From IMG/VR virus record IMGVR_UViG_3300045988_116051: a stretch of DNA of 41,371 bases. One strand, written 5' to 3'. The notes under the pieces were generated by a model, which saw only the letters and a program-made list of their open reading frames with translations, was not told the origin of the DNA and did not search any database. Of this stretch, positions 8,827-17,976 are shown piece by piece (position 1 is the stretch's first letter; each line of letters begins with the position of its first letter). The position numbers and the translations under genes were made by a program. Source of the DNA: a virus.

Positions 8827-9891
8827 TCAGCCCATGGTAAAGACCATCCGCATGTCCTCCATGGCGTCCAGGATATGCGCCTGCGCCGCCACAAAGACCT
8901 GAGAACGGAAAGTCTTCTTTTTGACTTGTGCATCGGTCAGGGACGCCGTGGACGTTCCAGCAGCTTCCCAGGCCGCCCGCATAGCGGACACGTCGATGGA
9001 GACGCTGATGCCCTCGCTGTCTACCACGTCCTCATCTGCCAGAGCGCGGAGATAGCTAGAGACGTCCGTCACAAACAGCGCCTGATTGTCCGCCGTGTTT
9101 TTCACCCGGCCCAGGTAAGAGCCCTTGAATGTGCGGATGATATCCTCCTGGATGAGGTCCATCGCTTCGACCACCGCGATCTTTTTCATGTCGTCGGTCA
9201 GGTCGCCCGTCACGGTTTTCAGGGTGTTCACGCCGCGGGCGATGCGGATGGTGTCATCATCCGAAAACAGGCACAGGTTGCCGCCGTCGATGCTGGCATC
9301 CAGGCCGGTCACGGCCTCCACCCCCTCCAGGTCGTCCAGGGCCTGGAAGGTCACGGCCTCGTCCATCGGGCAGGCGGCCAGGATCCCGGCCAGGCGGGGG
9401 AGATAGTTGTTGATGTCAATGGCGGTGCTCTCGCCCTTGACGGTGACCTTGGTGTTGGCTACGTTCACGATGTGGATATCGTCCGCGCTGGTCTGCCCGC
9501 TCACCAGTGCTTTGGCCTTGCGGATACGCCGGGGGGTGTTGATGCTCTTGACGTAGGTCACAAGCCCCGCCTGGAACGCAGCCGGGACGGCGCAGACCCA
9601 GTTGTAGCTCAGCTGGTCCAGAATGGTCTGGGCATTGGTCATGGTGTCGTCGGTGCCCACTCGCACAGCGATCACCTGGTAAGGCCCCGCCGCAAACGCA
9701 CGGGAGAGGATCGTGTAATTCGCCGCCGTCCAGTCCGCCTGTGCCACCTCATCCAGCGCCGTGTAAGTTTTCGATGTAAAATTGGTCTTGGTGGTGTCCT
9801 GGAGAATCACCGCCAGGATCCCCCTGGCCGACCGCGCCGTTGCCGTGGTCGCCAGCTTCTTAAATTCAACGGAGATAGTAGGTAAACCCAT
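8827..9891 (-). CDS. Contractile tail sheath protein (XkdK-like)
   Basis: Start MGLPTISVEFKK with RBS AAAGGA. About 354 aa, with sheath/tube/chaperone/TMP synteny. Confidence 0.8.
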   Translation of the reverse strand: MGLPTISVEFKKLATTATARSARGILAVILQDTTKTNFTSKTYTALDEVAQADWTAANYTILSRAFAAGPYQVIAVRVGTDDTMTNAQTILDQLSYNWVCAVPAAFQAGLVTYVKSINTPRRIRKAKALVSGQTSADDIHIVNVANTKVTVKGESTAIDINNYLPRLAGILAACPMDEAVTFQALDDLEGVEAVTGLDASIDGGNLCLFSDDDTIRIARGVNTLKTVTGDLTDDMKKIAVVEAMDLIQEDIIRTFKGSYLGRVKNTADNQALFVTDVSSYLRALADEDVVDSEGISVSIDVSAMRAAWEAAGTSTASLTDAQVKKKTFRSQVFVAAQAHILDAMEDMRMVFTMG

Positions 9892-9892
9892 G

Positions 9893-10327
9893 TTATCCGT
9901 CCTTTCTGCTAACATTCAGCGTTTCCATCATGTCCGCTTCGTCTTCCTTCCGCAGCTGGTACGTCTCCACCGTCAGGGTAGTCCGTAACAGCATATCCTC
10001 TCTCTCGATCTCAAAGCTCACCTCGTCTGGGTAGAGGAAAAATTCATTTTCCACCACCACAGGCTCCTGTAAGGCAAGCGCAAGTTTGGCTTCCCACTCA
10101 AGCAGGGATAAATATCCCTGCTTGGTGTGTTCTGCCATGCGGATGATCTCCAACTCATAGGTGTCATGCTGCATTTCTCCCTCTCTGGAGGTGTCCATGT
10201 AGTTCGGTTGGATGTAGGTGCAGGGGACCGTAAACCCCTCGGTAATATCTTTGGTGGTCGGCGGCTCCCCGAACAGCGTTTCGATCAGGGCGGAGAGTGC
10301 CCGAATGGTATCTACAATCGTAATCAC
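9893..10327 (-). CDS. Tail completion / sheath-proximal protein (XkdJ position)
   Basis: Called by synteny only. Confidence 0.4.
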   Translation of the reverse strand: MITIVDTIRALSALIETLFGEPPTTKDITEGFTVPCTYIQPNYMDTSREGEMQHDTYELEIIRMAEHTKQGYLSLLEWEAKLALALQEPVVVENEFFLYPDEVSFEIEREDMLLRTTLTVETYQLRKEDEADMMETLNVSRKDG

Positions 10328-10755
10328 AGTTCCAACCCCTTCGACAATAATTCATCCACAAAACCTTCCACATCACGCGGAAATTCCTTCTTCAGCTGCT
10401 TCACGGTCGTGGCTGCCGGGTGTTTTCCCGGCACCATGCGGCCCGTGTTGTGCCCGTTGATCCACAGGATATGCCCATGCTCGATCAAATGGGCATGGGG
10501 CGCTTTGTTGTACACACGGATCTGGAAATCTCCGTTGTATTTCTGCACCCCAGTCCGGCGGATGCCCTTGAGCAAGTTGCCGGTCTTCTTCTTGGTCACG
10601 GCCTTGGTTTTGGCCCTCAGTTCCCTTCGGCCTTTGTTGCCCTCCCGCTTCATAAAATCCTTTGCTTCGGCGGGGTAATCTTTTTCTGCGACCTGAAACA
10701 TCCGCTTTGCCAGTTCATCCAGCTCACGGGTGTCCATTCCCTCGCTGATTCCCAC
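10324..10755 (-). CDS. HK97 gp10-family head-tail joining protein
   Basis: ...KKKTGNLLKGIRRTG...APHAHLIEHGH resembles the HK97 gp10 family. Confidence 0.6.
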   Translation of the reverse strand: MGISEGMDTRELDELAKRMFQVAEKDYPAEAKDFMKREGNKGRRELRAKTKAVTKKKTGNLLKGIRRTGVQKYNGDFQIRVYNKAPHAHLIEHGHILWINGHNTGRMVPGKHPAATTVKQLKKEFPRDVEGFVDELLSKGLEL

Positions 10756-11101
10756 GGATCCTCACCTCACAGAAAATCTCAAGCCATTCATGGCGCATAT
10801 ACGGGTCTAAAATGTAGAGGATATCGTAGGTTTCCCCCTCGATCTCCAGCCACATGTCCTCCGTCAGACCCTTGCGGTAACGGATTGTTACCTTGTGGGT
10901 GGTTCGGGAAATGGCGGTTTCAGCCGCCCTCCCGGATAAGAGACTGCCCGTCTGGGGGGTCACACCCGCCCAGACCTTGGCAACTGTCTCCTCCACAACA
11001 GGGTATTGCCCTAGCTTGTCCCGTTCTTGGGACGTCACCATGTGCTTGATGGTGGCTTTTTTGTTCAGCCTGGAAGAAAGCCGGTCAAAATACCAGTTCA
11101 T
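10724..11101 (-). CDS. Head closure / head-tail adaptor protein
   Basis: The VWAGVTPQTG...HKVTIRYRKGL...YDILYILDP pattern is typical of head-closure proteins. Confidence 0.6.
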   Translation of the reverse strand: MNWYFDRLSSRLNKKATIKHMVTSQERDKLGQYPVVEETVAKVWAGVTPQTGSLLSGRAAETAISRTTHKVTIRYRKGLTEDMWLEIEGETYDILYILDPYMRHEWLEIFCEVRIRGNQRGNGHP

Positions 11102-11427
11102 ACATCACCCTCCACGCTGGGGAGCAGATTCGTGGAGTGCATGTCCAAAATCTGCTTTACCGTGGCGTTTTGTGCGCTGTATTGCTGTGTCATCTGCCGG
11201 TTGTCGTACATCTCAGCAGCCACAACAAAAATTGCGTAGCCGATCTCATCGGGTAGCTCCTGGGATGTATCCAGTCCGGCGTATCTGGCACAGTAGGCAA
11301 CAGCCAAAGGGAGGATGCGCTGGAAATCCGTCTTGTCCGCGCTGTCCAGGCTGTTGTAGTCGTCCTCATCAAACGCTACCCGGCAAAACCGTGCCAGTTC
11401 CCACGGTTTCAAATCAGATACCAGCAC
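11098..11427 (-). CDS. gp6-like head-tail connector protein (GTG start chosen after the capsid gene stop)
   Basis: RBS AGGAGGG plus 6 nt, then GTG. ...LAVAYCARYAGL...AAEMYDNRQ resembles the gp6 family. Confidence 0.55.
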   Translation of the reverse strand: MLVSDLKPWELARFCRVAFDEDDYNSLDSADKTDFQRILPLAVAYCARYAGLDTSQELPDEIGYAIFVVAAEMYDNRQMTQQYSAQNATVKQILDMHSTNLLPSVEGDV

Positions 11428-11441
11428 ATCCAACCCTCCTA

Positions 11442-12587
11442 TCAGCCTGCCTTCATGGCCAGCGCAGCGATCTTCTGGGCGTTCTCTACCTTGGAATCCA
11501 GCTCCATCCAGCAAATCACACCAATGGCGTGCTGGTCGGCATACTTCTCGCGCAGGACCTCCACAGAGGGAGTCTCGGTCATTTTCACAGCCAGGCCGGT
11601 GGGGTCAAGGTACAGGATAGCCCGCTTGCCCGCAGCCATATCAGGCATGTTGTCGCTGATATACACGTCCTTGCCAAACAGGGTATAGCCCCAACGGCTG
11701 GTTGCATCCTTGTTCAGCAGGTAGTTGTTCTGGCCGTCCTTGAGCTTGCGGATAGCGGTGCGGGTGGCCTTGGACATCACCCAGATGCAGCCGCCCTGAT
11801 ACACATCGGGGATGGTCTCCTGAAGATCGATCAGCTCATCGGCGGTGACGGCGGTGGCAGAGGCGGCAGTGACAGAAGCAGCGACCTTGGACAGGCCCTC
11901 GATCTTGCTGGTGGTGCCGTTGATCAGCTGGTTCTCAATCCAGTAGGCAGCGGCCTCCGCCATCTTGCGGACCACGAAGGGCACAAGGTCAAACTGACTG
12001 TTGTTTACCAGAGACTTAGACACCAGGGAACGAGCACCGGCCAGGAAGCCGGTCAAGGAAATGCTGGTAAACTTGCCGCTGGTGGAGTCGATTGTGGCGA
12101 ACTCCGTGGCGTAGGCCATGGTGATCTTCTGGGTGGACTCATCGTAGCTGGGGATGGTCAGAGTGCCGCCGACGTTGTAGTGGGTCGCCATGGCGAACAG
12201 AGGAGACATCTCCTTGACCTTCTCGATGATCTTGTTGGCAATGGAGGAGGGGATCACAGCGCCGTTGTCGCTCTTGGTCAGGTTCACATCGGCGCGGGTC
12301 TCCAGGTCCAGGGTGCCGCGAATGTAGCTCTCAAAAGCGCGTTCCTCCAGCTCGGCCCGGTCCTTGGTCTCGTCGGGCTTCTCGATGGGCTGATAGCTGC
12401 GCTTCTCATCCAGCTCATCGGCGGCTTTCAGAGTGGCGTCCAGGTCGTTCAGCTCCTTGGTGGTCTCTTCGTAGCGCTTGTTCTCGTCTTCGCTGAAAGC
12501 ACGGGTCTCAGTCTCGCAGGCCTCGACCATCTTCTCCATTTCCTCGATCAGCGCATTGCGCTTCTCGATCAACTGCTTGTATTTCAT
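11442..12587 (-). CDS. Major capsid protein, HK97 fold
   Basis: 381 aa with a coiled-coil delta domain. It follows the prohead protease. Confidence 0.85.
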   Translation of the reverse strand: MKYKQLIEKRNALIEEMEKMVEACETETRAFSEDENKRYEETTKELNDLDATLKAADELDEKRSYQPIEKPDETKDRAELEERAFESYIRGTLDLETRADVNLTKSDNGAVIPSSIANKIIEKVKEMSPLFAMATHYNVGGTLTIPSYDESTQKITMAYATEFATIDSTSGKFTSISLTGFLAGARSLVSKSLVNNSQFDLVPFVVRKMAEAAAYWIENQLINGTTSKIEGLSKVAASVTAASATAVTADELIDLQETIPDVYQGGCIWVMSKATRTAIRKLKDGQNNYLLNKDATSRWGYTLFGKDVYISDNMPDMAAGKRAILYLDPTGLAVKMTETPSVEVLREKYADQHAIGVICWMELDSKVENAQKIAALAMKAG

Positions 12588-12591
12588 TGAT

Positions 12592-13236
12592 TTATCTCCT
12601 TTTCAAACGGAAAATTTCAGCGCGTTTCCCAGCCAAAAAAGCATCGGCGGCTGTTTCGCCGGTGTCTTTCTTCTTCTCAAGCTCTTCTTTTTCTTCTTTT
12701 TCCCGAATTTCTGTAATGTCCGGTTCCGCGTCCTCCATGCGGAACTCCACCAGAGTTTCCGTGTCATCACGGGTCTCAATGCTGGTCGCAATGTAGGCCG
12801 GGGTTACATCCAAGATGGAGACCTCCCGCAGCTCCAGTGCATCCACAAATCTCCGGCGGGTGCCATCTTCTCCGGTGGACCAACGGTCCGCCTTTTTCAC
12901 AAAGCCGAAGGACCATCCGCGCAAGGCCCGACGTTCTGCCGCTTGGATCACAGCGGGGTCGGAAACAACGGCGTTTGCCAACAGGCCGATGCTGTCCTCA
13001 CGCAGAGTGATCTCGCCTGTCTCTGTGGAGCCAAGCACTTGATTGTGGTCAAAACGCAGCTCTACCGGCATCCCGGACTGCAACGCAGAACCAAAAGCAC
13101 CAGGCGTGATCCGCTCGATGTAAGGTCCGGATTTATCATGCAGTGTCCTGCTGTCCCGGCCCACCACGTTCACGTAGCCCGTCACCGTCAGTTCCTTCCT
13201 GTCCGTCTTCGGATTGGATCGGATTTCGACCTTCAT
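12592..13236 (-). CDS. HK97-family prohead protease
   Basis: Start MKVEIRS after RBS GGGGGTG, with an acidic C-terminal tail. It sits between the portal and capsid genes. Confidence 0.75.
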   Translation of the reverse strand: MKVEIRSNPKTDRKELTVTGYVNVVGRDSRTLHDKSGPYIERITPGAFGSALQSGMPVELRFDHNQVLGSTETGEITLREDSIGLLANAVVSDPAVIQAAERRALRGWSFGFVKKADRWSTGEDGTRRRFVDALELREVSILDVTPAYIATSIETRDDTETLVEFRMEDAEPDITEIREKEEKEELEKKKDTGETAADAFLAGKRAEIFRLKRR

Positions 13237-14458
13237 CCTTTTCACCCCCTTTCATAGCTTCGTTGATACTCGTCCACTCCTTGGTATTGGGCGTGTACAT
13301 CTGTTTTGATTTGGGATCGTAGATCACCGTGTCCAGGCCAAGCCGCACAAATTCCAGGCCCAGCGGGTTCTTGCCCTCCTGGTTCCGCACCTCGTCCAGC
13401 TGCATCCAGCCGTTGCGGACGGCTACCTCATACGCCTGGTATCTGGTCAGCATATCGGTGTTGTCCAGGTCGTCCATGTCGATCTCAAACTCAAGGACGC
13501 CTTTCTCTTCCTCCAGCAGGCAAAACCGGTTGATTGCCGATTGCAGCGCCCGGACGATAGGCCGGATGCCGAAGCGGACGGTGTTTTTCAGGTCGTCTGC
13601 CGATGCGCCGCCCTCGATCACAGAGGGGACAATACCGAAAATCTGATAGATTTCATGGTCATTGGTGGCCTTGTTCTGGTTCAGCTGGCTGTCTACTGCC
13701 GTCTGGCCTGCATCCTGGAACTCAATGCCATCGTTCAGAACTACGGTGTTTTCGTCCGAATCGTTCCCGTACAGCTTGTTCCAGCTCTTCCGCAGGGAGT
13801 TGATGACCTCCTGGGTCACTTTTTTCCCGGCCTGAACCTTCAAAAAGCCTTTTTTTGCACCGGTCCGAACCATGCGATTCTCATATTTCATCGTGTTTAA
13901 CACGACGGACAACTGAGTTGGGTTCTCATCCAGAACACCGTAGCCCCGGAAACCATCCTTGGTGTTCCGTAGGATACGGAACAGAACGTCAGGCCGCCAC
14001 TCTTTCTGATTGATATAGAATTTGCCGTCCTTCTCCACAGGGTCGATGTCTTTGGTATAGGAAACATAATCCGGGTTCACATAGCAGATTTTCCGAATGG
14101 TATTCCTATCCCAAAGCACCGCCGTATAGCCGTTGCCTCGAACCAGATAGTCCCGGATCATGGCTTTTTTCCACTCAATGGCATCCAGCGTGTCGCCGGT
14201 GTCGTCGTTCAGCAGGGCCAAACGGTAATCTTTTGTAACCTCTTGGGTGTTCTTCCCTCTGCGCCGGTACAGCTTTACCGGCAGGGTAGCGATGATCCCG
14301 GAGAGAAAGGAAACCGAAGCGGCCACCGCCGGGATCTCCAAAGCGCCGTCTTCCGTGCCCACCTTCGTACCGCCCATAGCGGCACGGAGAGAGGTATCAA
14401 GCGCCCCTTCATCCAGCATCTCCCTGGTCTCCACTTCCTTTTTTGCAAAAATGCCCAT
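13136..14458 (-). CDS. Portal protein (HK97 family)
   Basis: 440 aa. Its start overlaps the terL stop (TAATG). Confidence 0.85.
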   Translation of the reverse strand: MGIFAKKEVETREMLDEGALDTSLRAAMGGTKVGTEDGALEIPAVAASVSFLSGIIATLPVKLYRRRGKNTQEVTKDYRLALLNDDTGDTLDAIEWKKAMIRDYLVRGNGYTAVLWDRNTIRKICYVNPDYVSYTKDIDPVEKDGKFYINQKEWRPDVLFRILRNTKDGFRGYGVLDENPTQLSVVLNTMKYENRMVRTGAKKGFLKVQAGKKVTQEVINSLRKSWNKLYGNDSDENTVVLNDGIEFQDAGQTAVDSQLNQNKATNDHEIYQIFGIVPSVIEGGASADDLKNTVRFGIRPIVRALQSAINRFCLLEEEKGVLEFEIDMDDLDNTDMLTRYQAYEVAVRNGWMQLDEVRNQEGKNPLGLEFVRLGLDTVIYDPKSKQMYTPNTKEWTSINEAMKGGEKDEGRNPIQSEDGQEGTDGDGLRERGGPGQQDTA

Positions 14459-16155
14459 TAAATCACCACCGCTCCCCAGTCAATGGCCTCGGAGAACATG
14501 GTGTTCTGCTGGAGCATGTAAACGGCGTTGATGAGTGCCGCCACCATATCCACCTTGCCATTCGACTTTTTCTTGTTCACATACCGGTTTAGGTTCGTGT
14601 CGAACGTACACCGGGCGTTTTCAAAATTGATCTCCAACAGTTCGTTGGGTTCGTAAGCAAATTTCCCATCGGCCACCAGCTCGGAAAGCCACTTTGTCGC
14701 CGGGTGCAACACACTGGAGTGCTGTTTTACCTCGCAGGTCACATAGGTTTCGTCCCATTTCTGGGCGGAAGAGAGGGCGTTGTATCGGTCAAACCCGATG
14801 CCCAGAACGGTCACGCCGTATTTTTCTTCCACATTGAACACAAAATCTTCCACAACCTTGTAGTCAATGGTCTTATCCCCGCAAGCGACGCACTTCCCGG
14901 CCCGGATAAACTTGCGGTAATCAATGCGCTCCGCTCGGTTCTTTTCCTCGATGCGGCCCTCCGGGATAAATGCGATCACGTCCGCGTAAACCTTCCCAGC
15001 GTCATCGTCCAGAGCCACCATAGCAACCGCTGTGTTGTCGTTGGTCATGGACAAGTCCACGCCCAAATAGACATCTCTGCCATTCCAGTCGATCTTATCC
15101 TGCTGGCAGGCGATCACATCCTGAACGGGAATGTAAGTCTCTGTCCCGACGCCCTGGTAAATGATGTTGCAGTGTTTGCACAAGAAATTCTCGCGCCGCC
15201 CCTCGACCTCAATGGCCTGCTGTCGCTTCTTCTTCAAATCTTCCATGATCTCCGGCACTTCCAGAGCCAAAGGATTCGCATGGGCAAGAATCAGGTCATC
15301 GGACATCCAGTTTGTCGGGTCATCCGGTTCATACAGCAGGGCAAAAACGCTCTCATCCTCTACCACATCATCGAGAATCTTCTTCGCATACCCGATTTCA
15401 TCCTCAAACGGGTTCTTGGTCTTCGGGTATTTGGTGGAAATCACGCACCCCAGCTTGTTCAAAATGGTAAGCTGGCCGGACCGCATGGCCTCCAAAGCGT
15501 AGGGATTCGGCAGACCGCCGACCTCATCCGCCAGGAAAACCGACGGAAGTTTGCCGTCTAGGTGTCCGTTTGAATAGGCCAGGGGATAGTAGCTGTTCTC
15601 CGTCAGGTTGCAGGTGATGGAATCCCGGAGCATTTTGAATTTCTCTTTGCCCTGATACTTCCCAACCAGGGCAGGGGAACTCTTGATGATCTCCTCAATG
15701 GCAGACTTCACTTCGCGGGACAGCGAACCGTCCGGGGCCACACTGTAAAATTTGGAAAATCTAGGCTCCGTCAGGAACAGCAGGATAAAAATTACTGCCA
15801 CCAAGAACGTCTTCCCGTTCTTCCGGGAAATCTCCAGGATAGCCGTCTGATACCGCCGTTTCTCCGGGTTCTCCCGCCAAACGACGCACAAAACTGCCAC
15901 AATGTACAGCCATTGAAATCCAACCAAAGTGTCCCGCACGGACTCCCGCGCTTTCAGGCCTTTTGCCATTACCATCAAACCGAGTAGTTTCTCGATTTTC
16001 TGGATCTTTGCCAAGTCGATCATGTATTTGTCGCTCTTGCCCTGGGCCACGAAAACAAACTCAGAGCATTGCAAGATCACGTATTTCGGGGCTTTGATCT
16101 TGCCGGAAACGACGCTCTTGGCGTACACATACGCCGGGTGATTTTTATCAATCAC
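14458..16155 (-). CDS. terL: Terminase large subunit
   Basis: 565 aa. A Walker-A-like region (ISRKNGKT) and the position after the small subunit support the call. Confidence 0.9.
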   Translation of the reverse strand: MIDKNHPAYVYAKSVVSGKIKAPKYVILQCSEFVFVAQGKSDKYMIDLAKIQKIEKLLGLMVMAKGLKARESVRDTLVGFQWLYIVAVLCVVWRENPEKRRYQTAILEISRKNGKTFLVAVIFILLFLTEPRFSKFYSVAPDGSLSREVKSAIEEIIKSSPALVGKYQGKEKFKMLRDSITCNLTENSYYPLAYSNGHLDGKLPSVFLADEVGGLPNPYALEAMRSGQLTILNKLGCVISTKYPKTKNPFEDEIGYAKKILDDVVEDESVFALLYEPDDPTNWMSDDLILAHANPLALEVPEIMEDLKKKRQQAIEVEGRRENFLCKHCNIIYQGVGTETYIPVQDVIACQQDKIDWNGRDVYLGVDLSMTNDNTAVAMVALDDDAGKVYADVIAFIPEGRIEEKNRAERIDYRKFIRAGKCVACGDKTIDYKVVEDFVFNVEEKYGVTVLGIGFDRYNALSSAQKWDETYVTCEVKQHSSVLHPATKWLSELVADGKFAYEPNELLEINFENARCTFDTNLNRYVNKKKSNGKVDMVAALINAVYMLQQNTMFSEAIDWGAVVI

Positions 16156-16597
16156 TGAGCGCTTCCGCCAACGGGTCCGCCGCGTCCTTGGTTTTCATCG
16201 AGATCACGGCTCCCAGTTTTGCCCGGTCCTGTGGGGAGAGACAAAACGCCGTACAGCCCCAACGCACGGTTGCCTCATACTGTTTTCTGGCGGACATCAG
16301 TTTGTTGTTCTCCATCAGCTCCGGGTCATCATTGATCTGTTTGTCGATCATCGCCACCCGATCAAAAGCCACGCACAGCATACCCAGGCCCTCGCTGTCC
16401 AGAGCTGAAAGCATCTCTGCTTTTGCGTAGTACCCAGAGATCCACTCAAAAATCCTTCGCTGATTCTCGTTCAGCCACTCCGGGCACTCCGGGCGTTCAT
16501 CACCCCGAAGCATCGCCTCGGTCGCAGCCCTCAAGGCCGCTTCTTGTTTCGTAGCTGCGCCGGTTTTTACAGCCGCCGCTTTCGCTGGTCTTCCCAT
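16148..16597 (-). CDS. terS: Terminase small subunit (P27-like); internal start MGRPAKAAAV
   Basis: RBS GAGGAGG 6 nt upstream of ATG 16597. The upstream part of the track ORF overlaps the HNH gene. Confidence 0.7.
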   Translation of the reverse strand: MGRPAKAAAVKTGAATKQEAALRAATEAMLRGDERPECPEWLNENQRRIFEWISGYYAKAEMLSALDSEGLGMLCVAFDRVAMIDKQINDDPELMENNKLMSARKQYEATVRWGCTAFCLSPQDRAKLGAVISMKTKDAADPLAEALSD

Positions 16598-16689
16598 TAT
16601 TTTCCTCCTCAATTTCTGGTAACTAAAAAACGTACCTAAAATATTGTCTGTAAAAGAGTGAGCAGTGCGGGCCGAGCAGTTACCCCTTG

Positions 16690-17076
16690 CTAACTCTCTA
16701 CCCACCGGGGGGGATGCTTGATAATATCCCGGAGTTCCCCTCTCCCGATCTCGCCTTTTTCTGCCATGACGTGATGAATATGGCACAGCGTAACAAGGTT
16801 ATCTATATCAGCACGCATGGAGTAGTCTTCGACCAGTGGTACAATGTGATGCACCTCCATCCGGTCTGTTAAATACCTTCCATGTTTTCCGTCATTGCAA
16901 ACACGGCACAGATGATAGTCCCTATCTAGGGCAGCGTCCCTAGCCTGATACCATGCAACTGTACGCCGGAATCTATCCAAGCGCTTATCCCTACGCCCCC
17001 ATACCCTCCTAGGTTTGGCTGGGCAGATATACCCTACTGGGTGGATGCGCCCGCAGTATTTACAACTCTGTTGCAT
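16690..17076 (-). CDS. HNH endonuclease (terminase-associated)
   Basis: CxxC ... HHIVPL ... NLVTLCHIHH motifs. It sits directly upstream of terS. Confidence 0.8.
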   Translation of the reverse strand: MQQSCKYCGRIHPVGYICPAKPRRVWGRRDKRLDRFRRTVAWYQARDAALDRDYHLCRVCNDGKHGRYLTDRMEVHHIVPLVEDYSMRADIDNLVTLCHIHHVMAEKGEIGRGELRDIIKHPPRWVES

Positions 17077-17087
17077 ATTCCCCCCGA

Positions 17088-17138
17088 ATAAAAAGAAAAA
17101 GGGGCCAGCTGCCTAACAAAACGCTAGACAGCTGACCC
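17088..17138 (-). terminator. Rho-independent terminator separating the early/tRNA transcript from the late operon
   Basis: Minus strand: GGGGTCAGCTG-loop-CAGCTGGCCCC followed by TTTTTCTTTTTATT. Confidence 0.65.
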
Positions 17139-17177
17139 CTCTCGGCCCTTCCTACCAACCGCTTATGGTAGGGAACA

Positions 17178-17315
17178 CTATTCCATTTTCCAGCGGGATA
17201 CCGTTCGTCGTTTCTGTTGCACGATCCTGATTTCCTTGTTTTTCCCAGGAATCAGCTCTACACGGTCCCCGCGTTGCAGGATTGCTAATATTTCACGAAT
17301 CAAATCATCTGGCAT
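17178..17315 (-). CDS. Small hypothetical protein (45 aa)
   Basis: Manual translation: MPDDLIREILAILQRGDRVELIPGKNKEIRIVQQKRRTVSRWKME*. Confidence 0.4.
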   Translation of the reverse strand: MPDDLIREILAILQRGDRVELIPGKNKEIRIVQQKRRTVSRWKME

Positions 17316-17331
17316 ATTGCAACCCCCTTTT

Positions 17332-17421
17332 TGGCGGTAGGAGTAGGATTTGAACCTACGCAGGCCGTAGCCTCTACTGTTTTAGCAAAACAGCCCCTTT
17401 ACCGTACTTGGGTATCCCACC
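17332..17421 (-). tRNA. tRNA-Ser (anticodon GCU), class II with a long variable arm
   Basis: Manually folded 90 nt: acceptor GGUGGGA/UCCUACC, discriminator G plus CCA, anticodon stem CUGUU/AACAG with loop UUGCUAA, variable arm AGGC-UACG-GCCU, T arm GUAGG-UUCAAAU-CCUAC. Confidence 0.85.
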
Positions 17422-17976
17422 GTATCGCCCAACGGAATTGCACCGGGCCTGATAACAGGAGCCACTTTTACGGGCCGTGGCTTATATCTTTTAGGAGGCG
17501 AAACGAACTTGAAACCGTCTGCCGTGGTGCCCAGAAATGGTTCATGCACCATTCCCAGGCGTATACCCGCGTCTTTCCGCGGTGCCATCTGTTTTACACC
17601 GTGGCCTTTGGCGCCAGATACAGAAATCTGTTTTTTGTTTCGGGTCCCGGCAGTGCTTTTATCTGCCCGTGCTTTTTGGCATTTCAACACCGCTATCCTA
17701 GCAAAAATGATTTTTTATCACAAATTATGTCGCCATCCGACAAACCGAAAAACAAAAGACAAAGACGAAAAGGAGGCGAAGTTTCACCTGCCTTTCTTCT
17801 TTGAAATTTTGCTCCCAGGGAACAGAGTTGAACTGTTCTGCGCGTCCGCATTGCCCACCCTGGGTTATAGGGTGTGGTTTCCCACACCCAAAAGAGGAAA
17901 AATGAAGAAAGAAAAAGAAGGAACTCCCAAACGGAAATGGATGGAAAACGGTAGCTTTCGCTACACCTTTATTTTA
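17422..17976 (-). ncRNA. ORF-poor, hairpin-dense 555-nt spacer; candidate large structured RNA (unclassified)
   Basis: No credible ORF on either strand. There are several GNRA-capped or nested stems on the minus strand (GUAGC-GAAA-GCUAC; GGGUGUGG-GAAA-CCACACCC; CCCAGGG...CCCUGGG enclosing GAACAG/CUGUUC). Confidence 0.25.

Noticed and set aside
10893-12590. 565-aa plus-strand ORF, and similar long plus-strand ORFs at 4998..6605, 8617..9885, 20900..22021 and 33087..34178
   Set aside because: They lie antisense to well-supported minus-strand structural or early genes. They have G/R/P/A/H-rich low-complexity composition, no RBS and no recognisable motifs. These are shadow ORFs of GC-rich coding sequence.
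13136-13245. 100-nt overlap of the portal 3' end and the protease 5' end as a programmed frameshift or mis-assembly
   Set aside because: The protease has its own RBS (GGGGGTG) and ATG at 13236, and the portal tail in the overlap is a plausible charged, disordered C-terminus. I saw no slippery sequence, so this is probably a genuine overlap.
16598-16786. N-terminal 63 codons of the track ORF for the small terminase, and similar long N-terminal extensions at 33498..33569, 21758..21814, 21219..21365 and 26867..27076
   Set aside because: The extensions overlap upstream genes, are Arg/Gly-rich and lack RBSs. Internal starts with good RBSs fit the gene packing.
17332-17421. Possibility that the phage tRNA is an amber suppressor explaining the in-frame TAG at 21518..21520
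   Set aside because: The 7-nt anticodon loop reads UUGCUAA with U33 and A37 in place, giving anticodon GCU (Ser). CUA cannot be placed at positions 34-36.
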